NCBI GenBank assembly: GCA_964482885.1
Contig: CAYZZJ010000001.1
Coordinates: 1 to 40,924 of the forward strand
Reading direction: 5' to 3'
From: an uncultured Ruminococcus sp.
Lineage (GTDB): Bacteria; Bacillota; Clostridia; Oscillospirales; CAG-272
DNA length: 40,924 nucleotides
The notes below the pieces were generated by a model, which was not told the DNA's origin, made no database searches, and saw only the letters and a list, made by a program, of their open reading frames with translations. This document shows positions 1-7,737 of the stretch, in pieces. The position numbers and the translations under genes were made by a program. The stretch's first letter is position 1. The number at the start of each line of letters is the position of its first letter.

Positions 1-1058
1 CCTTCGCCACCACGGGTATCATCACCGTTATGGGTGAGATAACCACTACCGCCACCTACGACGTTCAGAAAATAGTTCGTAAGGCTGTTGAGGAGATCGG
101 CTACGACAGAGCGAAGTACGGCTTCGACTGCCATACCTGCGCGGTTATGACCGCTATCCACGATCAGAGCGCGGACATCGCACTTGGAGTTGACAAGAGC
201 CTTGAGGCTAAGAGCGGTGAGACCGAGGACGAGCTTGATACGGGTGCCGGCGACCAGGGAATTATGTTCGGCTACGCCTGCGACGAAACCCCCGAGCTTA
301 TGCCTCTGCCCATATCCCTCGCACACAAGCTCGCGAAGAAACTGACCGAGGTCAGAAAGAGCGGTAAGCTCTCCTACCTGCGCCCCGACGGAAAGACGCA
401 GGTAACCATTGAGTACGTTGACGGCGAGCCTCGCCGCGTTGATACTATCGTTATATCCTCTCAGCACAGCGCTGACGTTGATTCGGATACTATCCGTAAG
501 GATATCATAGAGAACGTTATCTTCCCCGTAGTGCCCAAGCAGCTTATGGACGGAAAGGTAAATATCTACGTTAATCCCACCGGCAGATTCGTTATCGGCG
601 GACCTCAGGGTGATACGGGTCTTACGGGCAGAAAGATTATCGTTGATACATACGGCGGATACTCCCGTCACGGTGGCGGCGCCTTCTCGGGTAAGGATCC
701 CACTAAGGTTGACCGCAGTGCGTCCTATGCAGCGCGTTACGTTGCCAAGAACGTTGTTAAGGCCGGACTTGCCAAGAAGTGTGAGGTGCAGATTGCCTAT
801 GCTATAGGAGTTGCGCGCCCCGTATCCGTTCTTATCGAAACCTTTGGCACTGCCGTATGCGATGAGGAGAAGATTGCGGAGGCTGTGAATAAGCTCGTTG
901 ACCTTCGCCCCGCTGCAATTATCAAGAAGTTTGAGCTGAGAGCGCCTATATACAAGCAGCTTTCCGCTTACGGACACATGGGTCGCGAGGATATCGGTGT
1001 TAAGTGGGAGGAGTGCGATATAGCCGATGAGCTTCGCACTCTCTGTCTCGGAGAATAA
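1..1058 (+). CDS. metK: S-adenosylmethionine synthetase, 5'-truncated by the window edge
   Basis: The frame is open from base 3 ([15 protein letters not shown]...), so the listed ATG at 30 is internal. MetK-type motifs [27 protein letters not shown] and AYAIGVA are present. Confidence 0.95.
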   Translation, partial: FATTGIITVMGEITTTATYDVQKIVRKAVEEIGYDRAKYGFDCHTCAVMTAIHDQSADIALGVDKSLEAKSGETEDELDTGAGDQGIMFGYACDETPELMPLPISLAHKLAKKLTEVRKSGKLSYLRPDGKTQVTIEYVDGEPRRVDTIVISSQHSADVDSDTIRKDIIENVIFPVVPKQLMDGKVNIYVNPTGRFVIGGPQGDTGLTGRKIIVDTYGGYSRHGGGAFSGKDPTKVDRSASYAARYVAKNVVKAGLAKKCEVQIAYAIGVARPVSVLIETFGTAVCDEEKIAEAVNKLVDLRPAAIIKKFELRAPIYKQLSAYGHMGREDIGVKWEECDIADELRTLCLGE

Positions 1059-1077
1059 AATTTTATTTCTAGGTACA

Positions 1078-1115
1078 TAAAATGCCCTCATTGCGAGGGC
1101 ATTTTATTCTTTTTC
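1078..1115 (+). terminator. Intrinsic terminator after metK
   Basis: Perfect 11-bp stem AAAATGCCCTC / GAGGGCATTTT with loop ATTGC, followed by a T-rich tail (ATTCTTTTTC). Confidence 0.8.
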
Positions 1116-1117
1116 AC

Positions 1118-1146
1118 TTGCAAACGGCAGGTCTAACTGTTATAAT
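1118..1146 (+). promoter_or_regulatory. Sigma-A-type promoter for recD2
   Basis: TTGCAA (1118-1123), 17-nt spacer, TATAAT (1141-1146), about 37 nt upstream of the recD2 start. Confidence 0.55.
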
Positions 1147-1182
1147 TATTGTGTGTTACTATCGCGCGAGAGGGAGGACGGT

Positions 1183-3396
1183 ATGAACGGTATCGATATA
1201 GCCGAGAAGCTTAGCGGAAAAATTGAAAATATCGTATTCAGAAACGAAGAGAACGATTATACCGTTCTTGAGATATCCACATCAGGGGGCAAGCTTATTA
1301 CCGCTGTGGGTATTATTGCATCGCCCGCCGAGGGCGAGCTTGTCGAGCTTATCGGACATACGACCTTTCACAAGGAATTCGGCTCGCAGTTTGCGTTTAC
1401 CACATATGAAAAATCTCTCCCTAAGGAAATAGACGATATTATACAGTACCTCTCGTCGAGGACAGTCAAGGGCGTAGGACCGGTAACCGCATTGAAGATA
1501 GTCAATAAATACGGCACGGACACGTTTGACGTAATTGAGAACCACCCCGAGTGGCTCACCGATATTCCCGGCATAAACCCGAAGAAGGCGGCGGCAATCT
1601 CCGAGTCCTTCCGCGCTCAAAGCGAGCTTCGCGGCGTAATGGTCTTCTTTAAGGACTATATGGGTACGGGAGAGATTAACAAGGTCTATAAGCAGCTCGG
1701 AGCATCTGCCGTGGGAATAGTACGCGATAATCCGTATATACTTTGTGCCTCGGAAATGGGAATATCCTTCGACAAGGTCGATGCTATTGCCGCGTCCTTC
1801 GGATATCCCAAGGACGGAGAGGAGCGTGTTCTCGCGGGCATTAATTACATACTTGATTATAACGCTTCCGTTAACGGTCATACCTGCCTGCCTAAGGAAA
1901 AGCTTGTTGCGGCATCTGCGCAGCTGCTCGGTATAGGTGCACCTATGCTTGCAGAAATGGTAGAAGTATTTATCGAGAAGGACGCTGTTGCGGAATATAG
2001 AATAGATGACGTCTGTTACGTTATGACTCCCGACACCGACGGAGAGGAGGAGTTCATATCGAGAAGGCTTATCTCTATGTCGCGTGAGATAGTCCGTCTC
2101 GGAGCGCAGGATATCACCGAGCTTGTTCGCAAGGTAGAGGTGAATACGGGAATGACCTACGCATCTCTTCAGCGTGAGGCGCTTTACAGGTGTCTGCACG
2201 ACGGCGTTACTATTATTACGGGCGGTCCCGGTACGGGAAAGACAACGGTTGTCAAGGCGCTTATCGCGATATTCGACGACCTTGGAATGGATGCCGTGCT
2301 TGCGGCACCCACGGGTAGAGCGGCAAAGAGAATGAGTGAGGCTACCGGCTCTGAGGCGAAGACCATACACCGCCTGCTTGAAATGGAGCGCACGGATACC
2401 TCTGCCGTACGCTTTAACAGAAACTCGCGTTATCCCATCGAGGAGGACGTTATTATAGTTGACGAGGCCTCTATGATAGACCTCGTACTTATGAATGCCT
2501 TGCTAAGAGCCGTGCCGCGCGGCGCAAGACTTGTGCTTATAGGTGACTTTGACCAGCTGCCTAGCGTAGGTGCCGGAAACGTGCTTGCGGATCTTATATC
2601 CTCGGAGACTATACCCACCGTCAGACTTACGGAGGTGTTCAGGCAGTCAGGGGAGAGCCTTATTATCACTAATGCTCATCACATCAATAACGGAGAGCCG
2701 CCCGTGCTGGGAGCTACCGACAAGGACTTCTTCTTCGTCAGGCGTGATGACGAGCGGAGCATAGCGGATACCGTGGCAACGCTTATCACCGAAAGACTGC
2801 CGAGAGCATACGGAAAGCACATAAAGGACGAGATACAGGTTATAACACCCTCGAAGAAGGGCTGGGGCGGCGTTGACGTTCTCAACCGAGAGCTTCAGGC
2901 TCGTATAAACCCTAAGTCCTCTGATAGGCGCGAGCATGCCGCACATTCGACGGTATTCCGAGAGGGAGATCGCGTTATGCAGGTTGTGAACGACTACGAG
3001 ATAGAGTGGCAGAAGAACGGAGTTGAGGGGCTTGGTATATTCAACGGAGATATAGGAGTGATAGAAAAGATATTCCTGCCCGAGAAGTGTATGGAGATAC
3101 GCTTTGACGACAGATTTGTCAAATACAGCTTTGAGAAGCTCGATGAGCTGGAGCTTGCGTACGCCATAACCGTTCATAAGAGTCAGGGAAGTGAATATCC
3201 CGTCGTTATCATACCGATGTATTCCTGCCCGCCCATGCTCATGACGCGCAATCTTCTGTATACGGCGGTCACAAGAGCGAAGAAAATGGTTATTCTCGTC
3301 GGCAGGAGTGATATACCCCACAGAATGATATCGAATAACCGAGAGGTGCAGAGATACACCACGCTCTCCGACAGACTCGTACGTGCGGCGAGATAA
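1183..3396 (+). CDS. recD2: RecD2-type (YrrC-like) ATP-dependent 5'-3' DNA helicase
   Basis: Walker A GGPGTGKTT, Walker B IIVDEASM, and C-terminal AITVHKSQGSEYP and LLYTAVTRAKK motifs. I prefer the ATG at 1183, which follows the AGGGAGGA RBS, over the GTG at 1153. Confidence 0.9.
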   Translation: MNGIDIAEKLSGKIENIVFRNEENDYTVLEISTSGGKLITAVGIIASPAEGELVELIGHTTFHKEFGSQFAFTTYEKSLPKEIDDIIQYLSSRTVKGVGPVTALKIVNKYGTDTFDVIENHPEWLTDIPGINPKKAAAISESFRAQSELRGVMVFFKDYMGTGEINKVYKQLGASAVGIVRDNPYILCASEMGISFDKVDAIAASFGYPKDGEERVLAGINYILDYNASVNGHTCLPKEKLVAASAQLLGIGAPMLAEMVEVFIEKDAVAEYRIDDVCYVMTPDTDGEEEFISRRLISMSREIVRLGAQDITELVRKVEVNTGMTYASLQREALYRCLHDGVTIITGGPGTGKTTVVKALIAIFDDLGMDAVLAAPTGRAAKRMSEATGSEAKTIHRLLEMERTDTSAVRFNRNSRYPIEEDVIIVDEASMIDLVLMNALLRAVPRGARLVLIGDFDQLPSVGAGNVLADLISSETIPTVRLTEVFRQSGESLIITNAHHINNGEPPVLGATDKDFFFVRRDDERSIADTVATLITERLPRAYGKHIKDEIQVITPSKKGWGGVDVLNRELQARINPKSSDRREHAAHSTVFREGDRVMQVVNDYEIEWQKNGVEGLGIFNGDIGVIEKIFLPEKCMEIRFDDRFVKYSFEKLDELELAYAITVHKSQGSEYPVVIIPMYSCPPMLMTRNLLYTAVTRAKKMVILVGRSDIPHRMISNNREVQRYTTLSDRLVRAAR

Positions 3397-3437
3397 AGCG
3401 CGCACGCGCACAAAAACATATATTTAATCAAATGCCC

Positions 3438-3466
3438 TTGAAATTTATACTTTGATGTAGTATAAT
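3438..3466 (+). promoter_or_regulatory. Sigma-A-type promoter for the MreB-like gene
   Basis: TTGAAA (3438-3443), 17-nt spacer, TATAAT (3461-3466). Confidence 0.55.
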
Positions 3467-3510
3467 TATCGTGGATTTATATACAGTGCTTTCGAGGAAA
3501 GGAGTACGGC

Positions 3511-4554
3511 ATGATAACAAGGATCGGTTTAGATCTCGGATATGCGAACATCGCGCTCAGCGATTCTATCGCAGAGATATACAGAGAGCCGTCCGTCGCT
3601 TTGGTTTATAAAGAGCCTAAGGCGGATTCGCGCCGTATTATTTCGGTAGGAAGCGCGGCTATGGGAGTAGGAGTTGATACCGTCGGCGACGACGGCATTC
3701 TCGTAAGACCGTTTAAGAACGGAATTCTCTTCGATCAGCAGCTTACAAGAGAGATTATCACTAATGCGATAAAGGCGGTCAAGCCCGCGGATAAAATACG
3801 TTGCGCACTCGGTGTTCCCTCGGACTTTACACAGAAGCAGGAGAAGGAGCTGTTTAATATGCTCGCCGACGCGGGAGTTGAGGTTGCGTTCTCGGTTGCC
3901 CGTCCCGTTGCTGCAATTATCGGTGCAGGCTATTCGCCTTCTATGAGTGTCATATCGGTCAATATCGGCGCGCAGTCGACCGAGGTTGCCGTTATGCACG
4001 GCGGTAAGGTGCTGGCTATGAAGCGCACCGCCGTCGGCGGCGAGGACTTTGACAAGGCTGTAAAGCAGTATATACAGGACCACGGCGAGGTCAGCATATC
4101 TCTTATGGTTGCCAGGGCAATCAAGGAGCGTCTCGGCGCCGTTTGGAAGGGAAGGGCAAACGACAGCCTTGATATCGAGGGAACGCTTTCCTTGACGGGA
4201 AACAAGCTTCACGTCAACGTCACCACGGAGGATATCGTAGGTGTGTTCGAGGAACCGTTGCAGCGCCTTCTTATGGCTGTGGCAGAGGTTGTTAAGCAGA
4301 CTCCCGCAGATGCCGTCGAGGCGGTGTTCGCCAACGGTATCGTGCTTACCGGCGGCGGGGCCGAGCTTTACGGCATGGACATGCTTATGAGCAAGGTTCT
4401 GGGTATTTCCGTTACAAAGCCGCAGGGAGCTATCGACTGTGTCGCGAAGGGACTATCGAGGATAAACGCGTTTGTCTCCGAACGATCAAAGGTGGCGGGG
4501 AAGAACCTGACCGATCAGGTTTCAAAGCTATATGAGATGAGTAAAAAAAAGTAA
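3511..4554 (+). CDS. Divergent MreB/Mbl-family actin-like protein
   Basis: Collinear with MreB throughout: GLDLGYANI, EPSVALV, VRPFKNGIL, ALGVPSDFT, ARPVAAIIGAG, NIGAQSTEVAV, VLTGGGAELYGMD, CVAKG. The phosphate-1 and phosphate-2 motifs are non-canonical. RBS is GGAAAGGAG. Confidence 0.8.
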   Translation: MITRIGLDLGYANIALSDSIAEIYREPSVALVYKEPKADSRRIISVGSAAMGVGVDTVGDDGILVRPFKNGILFDQQLTREIITNAIKAVKPADKIRCALGVPSDFTQKQEKELFNMLADAGVEVAFSVARPVAAIIGAGYSPSMSVISVNIGAQSTEVAVMHGGKVLAMKRTAVGGEDFDKAVKQYIQDHGEVSISLMVARAIKERLGAVWKGRANDSLDIEGTLSLTGNKLHVNVTTEDIVGVFEEPLQRLLMAVAEVVKQTPADAVEAVFANGIVLTGGGAELYGMDMLMSKVLGISVTKPQGAIDCVAKGLSRINAFVSERSKVAGKNLTDQVSKLYEMSKKK

Positions 4555-4564
4555 GAGGTGTAAT

Positions 4565-4684
4565 ATGAAAAAGAACAATGAAAAGAAAACCGTTTCGCTC
4601 AGCGCGAAAATACTTGCAGGAGCTCTTGCGGCCTTCCTGCTGTTCGGTAGCGTTGCGGTTGCGCTGATGTATCTGTTCGTTTGA
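4565..4684 (+). CDS. 39-aa tail-anchored membrane microprotein (MKKNNEKKTVSLSAKILAGALAAFLLFGSVAVALMYLFV)
   Basis: Too short for the ORF track. ATG lies 10 nt after the MreB-like stop and is preceded by AAGAGGTG. Basic N-terminus followed by one roughly 22-aa hydrophobic helix. A strong terminator follows. Confidence 0.55.
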   Translation: MKKNNEKKTVSLSAKILAGALAAFLLFGSVAVALMYLFV

Positions 4685-4702
4685 CGAGCAGTAGAAGAAA
4701 TG

Positions 4703-4779
4703 AAAAAACACGGTTATATGAGTGATAGGGTGCGGGGAACTTACCTCGCCAGCCTCACTTTGAATAGCCGTGTTTTTTT
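4703..4779 (+). terminator. Long-stem intrinsic terminator ending the MreB-like/microprotein operon
   Basis: Outer arms AAAAAACACGGTTAT / ATAGCCGTGTTTTTT (one G.U). Inner imperfect pairing AGTGA..GGGTGCGGGG / CCTCGCCAGCC..TCACT. Ends in a run of 7 T. Confidence 0.7.
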
Positions 4780-4901
4780 CTTGTAAATTCGGGGCAAAAA
4801 GTAAAAATACACTTTTTCGGTTTCCACCAAAGAGGTGTGTTGAATGATGTTGGTTGGGTGGAAAAACAAAAATCCGATGTTGAAAACTCACCAAGAAAAA
4901 G

Positions 4902-4991
4902 TACACGATTCCGTTATTTAGGCGTCAAAATCGGGATTTTCCGACCCCAAACCGAGCTTTTCGACCTGAAAAGTCATAACGGAATTGTGTA
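4902..4991. repeat. Nested inverted repeat: 16-bp outer arms enclosing two small hairpins
   Basis: TACACGATTCCGTTAT (4902-4917) pairs with ATAACGGAATTGTGTA (4976-4991), 15 Watson-Crick pairs plus one G.T. Inside are AAAAT-CGGG-ATTTT (4927-4940) and CTTTTC-GACCT-GAAAAG (4957-4973). TTTTTT at 4998-5003. Confidence 0.6.
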
Positions 4992-5111
4992 GAACGGTTT
5001 TTTGCACACCGAGCATGGGTGTTCGGAAAAATGTATTTTGTTGAAAAGCCAACCGTGGCGTAAAAGTGTTTTTGCGGTGCTGAGGCTTTACATTCATCTT
5101 GGTGTACATAA

Positions 5112-5154
5112 GAAAAAACAGAGGCAAGTGACGCTATGCACTACCTCTGTTTTC
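5112..5154 (-). terminator. Intrinsic terminator after ftsZ, weakly bidirectional
   Basis: Stem ACAGAGG (5118-5124) / CCTCTGT (5144-5150). On the minus strand it is followed by TTTTTT (plus-strand A-run 5112-5117). Confidence 0.7.
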
Positions 5155-5201
5155 TATTTGCTTTTCAGAAACCTGAGTGTTTGTTTTTTGGATATGTATC
5201 C

Positions 5202-6452
5202 TCAGTTTCCTGCGGAGGGCTTGGTCTTTCTTATGAACTCGAAGATCTCCTCGACCTCGTCCTCGAGCGCATCGTCTGCCTCTTGTACGGGTGCTGCGGT
5301 AACCTTCGTTACAGCGGGAGCAACAGGCTCCTTGATCTGCACCTTGGGCTCGCGTACAACGTCCTCAATTACGGGGGTCGCAGTGGGGGTATATGTGCTT
5401 GCGGAATTGACAACCTCGTCGGCTATCTGCTGCGCTCTAGCGCTCTCAATGCTCTTGTTGGACTCGCCGTTTTCGCTGGTCTTGGGATCGATAAATCCGG
5501 TTGCAATTATGGTGATTCTTATCTCGTCGTGAAGCTCGGGATTGAATGCCGCACCCCAGATTATGGTTGCATCGGGATGAGCCTCCTCGTACACCATGGT
5601 GGAGGCAATCTCAACGTCCTCAAGAGTTATATCCTCGGATGCCGTGATGCTCATAAGAACTCCGGTTGCACCCGCGATGCTCGTCTCAAGAAGAGGGGAG
5701 GAAATAGCCGCCATCGCAGCAAGCTGTGCCTTGTCAGCACCCTTTGCACTACCGACGCCCATGTGTGCGTAGCCGGCATTTTTCATGATGGTGGTAACGT
5801 CGGCAAAGTCACGATTGACGAAGCCGGTTACGTTGATTATCTCGGATACCGACTGAACACCGCGGCGAAGCACGTCATCGGCAATCTCAAACGCGTTGGC
5901 AAGTGTGATTCTGGTATCCTCAACCTGCTTAAGTCTTTCGTTGGGAATGACGATAAGCGAGTCTACGTATTTCGCAAGCTCTGCGATACCCTGCTCAGCC
6001 TGCATATATCTTCTCTTGCCCTCGAAGTTGAAGGGCTTGGTGACAATACCAACGGTAAGTATATCAAGCTCTCTTGCTATTCTTGCGATAACAGGAGCCG
6101 CACCGGTACCGGTACCTCCGCCCATTCCCGCCGTTACAAAGAGCATGTCCGTACCCGCGAGAACAGCCTTGATATCATCTACCGATTCCTCGGCAGCGCG
6201 TCTGCCGATCTCGGGATTAGCGCCTGCTCCCAGGCCACGGGTAACCTTATCCCCGAGGATAAGCTTCTTGGTTGCACAAGAGGTGTCAAGCACCTGTGCA
6301 TCGGTGTTAACCGCGATAAACTCAACGCCTCTGATGTTTGCGGATATCATACGGTTTACGGCATTGTTTCCGCCACCGCCTACGCCTATAACCTTTATGT
6401 TAACGCCGCTGTCGTATACCGGCTCAAAATCGAATTCCATTTTGCTTTCCAT
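5202..6452 (-). CDS. ftsZ: Cell division tubulin homolog FtsZ
   Basis: GVGGGGNNAVNRM and GMGGGTGTGAAPV signatures, a long Pro/Ala/Val-rich linker, and the C-terminal peptide EEIFEFIRKTK. RBS is GAAGGAG. Confidence 0.97.
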   Translation of the reverse strand: MESKMEFDFEPVYDSGVNIKVIGVGGGGNNAVNRMISANIRGVEFIAVNTDAQVLDTSCATKKLILGDKVTRGLGAGANPEIGRRAAEESVDDIKAVLAGTDMLFVTAGMGGGTGTGAAPVIARIARELDILTVGIVTKPFNFEGKRRYMQAEQGIAELAKYVDSLIVIPNERLKQVEDTRITLANAFEIADDVLRRGVQSVSEIINVTGFVNRDFADVTTIMKNAGYAHMGVGSAKGADKAQLAAMAAISSPLLETSIAGATGVLMSITASEDITLEDVEIASTMVYEEAHPDATIIWGAAFNPELHDEIRITIIATGFIDPKTSENGESNKSIESARAQQIADEVVNSASTYTPTATPVIEDVVREPKVQIKEPVAPAVTKVTAAPVQEADDALEDEVEEIFEFIRKTKPSAGN

Positions 6453-6526
6453 AGCGCGCTCCTTCGTTTTTACTACTGTATAGATAAGCGAGGCAAAGCT
6501 CGCGTACGTGTAATATATCTAAATAT

Positions 6527-6554
6527 ATTATACAATAAAAATAGATAAAAACAA
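6527..6554 (-). promoter_or_regulatory. Candidate ftsZ-proximal sigma-A promoter
   Basis: On the minus strand: TTGTTT, 16-nt spacer, TATAAT (plus-strand ATTATA at 6527-6532), about 75 nt upstream of the ftsZ start. Confidence 0.4.
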
Positions 6555-6557
6555 GAT

Positions 6558-6613
6558 AAATAACGCGCGCGCTAAAATTTTTAACAATTTATATACTAAC
6601 GCGCGCGTTATTT
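6558..6613 (-). terminator. GC-alternating inverted repeat, a terminator-like element between murG and ftsZ
   Basis: 14-bp arms AAATAACGCGCGCG (6558-6571) / CGCGCGCGTTATTT (6600-6613) with a 28-nt AT-rich loop. In murG sense it is followed by ATCTTGTTTTT. Confidence 0.5.
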
Positions 6614-6623
6614 TAAGGCAGAA

Positions 6624-7718
6624 TTACTCTTCGAGTAATTCTTTGAGGAGCTTTGAAAACAGAAGCTCAATGTTATTATTCTCGCCCTTACGAAGCGCCG
6701 TACGCATCGCCAAAAGACGCTCGGGAGCTTCTATGAGCGCACATATTTGTTCGGAAAGCCTCTCGACTGAAAGAGCGTCCTCGGACAGAAGCACAGCGCC
6801 TCCCTCTGCCTCCTTAGCCAGGGCGTTTTTCGTCTGGTGGTTATCACTTACGTTGGGCGAGGGGATCAGTATCGAGGGTAATCCCGCGGCATTAAGTTCG
6901 GCAAGCGTTATCGCCCCCGCCCTTGTTATAGCCAGGTCTGCCGCCGCGAACCACATTGGAACGTTATCGAGATATGCTACTATTCGCGACGCAGAGGAGG
7001 ACGTTATCTTCATACCCCTCTCCTTCGCACTGTCGAAGTATCTTCTTCCCGTGGCGTGAACGTGGACGTATCCCGGGTGCCATTTCGTTATTTCCGGTAT
7101 GGCGTCGATAATGGCATCGTTCATTTTGGAAGCCCCGAGACTGCCGCCAAAGGATACGGTAAGGAATGATTTTTCGGGAATTCCAAGCCTGCGGCGCGCA
7201 TATTGGCGCGGTATTTTTCCGAAATCACTGCGTACAGGGTTTCCGATCACATAAACGTTGCTTTTTCGCCCAAGGTATTCCTCCGCCTCGCTAAATCCCA
7301 GCATAACCGCATCACACCTTGAAGCGAGCAGGCGCGTAACAAGCCCCGGGTATGCATTGGATTCGTGGATAGCTGTTGGAATTTTACGTCTTAAAGCTGC
7401 CTTAAGAACAGGCCAGCACACGTATCCTCCCGTGCCTATCACAATATTCGGCTTATGCTTGGCTATAAGCTTTGAGGCTTCACCAACGGCTGTAAATGCC
7501 TTTATTATCGCTTTTAGGCTTTTAAGCGAAAAGGATCGGCTTAATCCCTCTACTGCTATTTCCTCTACCTCATATCCCGCATTCGTTATAGCGGTGTTTT
7601 CCTCTCCGCCGCACCTGCCCACAAAGACGAAATCGGCATCTTTGTATATCCTTTTTGCCATTTGCGCCATGGCGAGTGCGGGATATACGTGCCCGGCTGT
7701 GCCGCCGCCGCAAAACAT
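6624..7718 (-). CDS. murG: UDP-N-acetylglucosamine--N-acetylmuramyl-(pentapeptide) pyrophosphoryl-undecaprenol N-acetylglucosamine transferase
   Basis: N-terminal MFCGGGTAGHVYPALA G-loop and overall MurG architecture. Start trimmed to the ATG at 7718, downstream of the ftsW stop. Confidence 0.9.
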   Translation of the reverse strand: MFCGGGTAGHVYPALAMAQMAKRIYKDADFVFVGRCGGEENTAITNAGYEVEEIAVEGLSRSFSLKSLKAIIKAFTAVGEASKLIAKHKPNIVIGTGGYVCWPVLKAALRRKIPTAIHESNAYPGLVTRLLASRCDAVMLGFSEAEEYLGRKSNVYVIGNPVRSDFGKIPRQYARRRLGIPEKSFLTVSFGGSLGASKMNDAIIDAIPEITKWHPGYVHVHATGRRYFDSAKERGMKITSSSASRIVAYLDNVPMWFAAADLAITRAGAITLAELNAAGLPSILIPSPNVSDNHQTKNALAKEAEGGAVLLSEDALSVERLSEQICALIEAPERLLAMRTALRKGENNNIELLFSKLLKELLEE

Positions 7719-7737
7719 TATTTTCACACCTGTATCC

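Noticed and set aside
1282-2370. 362-aa antisense ORF within recD2, with similar long antisense ORFs at 32139-33407 (dnaE), 35873-36784 (clpE-type), 2647-3411 and 3529-4212
   Set aside because: All lie opposite strongly supported conserved genes. Their translations are Arg/Ser/Leu-rich low-information sequence without start signals.
4700-4786. 28-aa ORF (MKKHGYMSDRVRGTYLASLTLNSRVFFL) after the microprotein gene
   Set aside because: It coincides entirely with the long terminator hairpin and has only a weak GAAG upstream. The RNA structure explains the sequence better.
4430-4906. 158-aa minus-strand ORF running from the spacer into the 3' end of the MreB-like gene
   Set aside because: It crosses the 4703-4779 terminator and overlaps two better-supported plus-strand CDSs. 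The sequence is low-complexity (F/H/S-rich) and there is no RBS.
4781-5111. Possibility that the recurring A-tract/GTGTA motifs are a degenerate CRISPR array or a known housekeeping RNA (tmRNA, SRP RNA, RNase P, 6S)
   Set aside because: There are no regularly spaced identical repeats, so it is not a CRISPR array. I also could not find the conserved tmRNA ends (GGGG...CCACCA), the SRP domain IV sequence or the RNase P core sequences. It is kept only as an unexplained structured spacer.
4918-5127. 69-aa minus-strand ORF and the 176-aa plus-strand ORF (5002-5532) in or near the ftsZ downstream spacer
   Set aside because: The first would start inside the ftsZ terminator stem. The second runs antisense into ftsZ. 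Neither has an SD, and both look like chance frames in AT-rich DNA.
5136-6548. 470-aa ORF on the plus strand spanning the whole of ftsZ in antisense
   Set aside because: It lies exactly opposite an unmistakable FtsZ CDS. Its translation is Cys/Gly/Leu-rich with no motifs and it has no RBS. This is a typical shadow ORF produced by the codon bias of the real gene.
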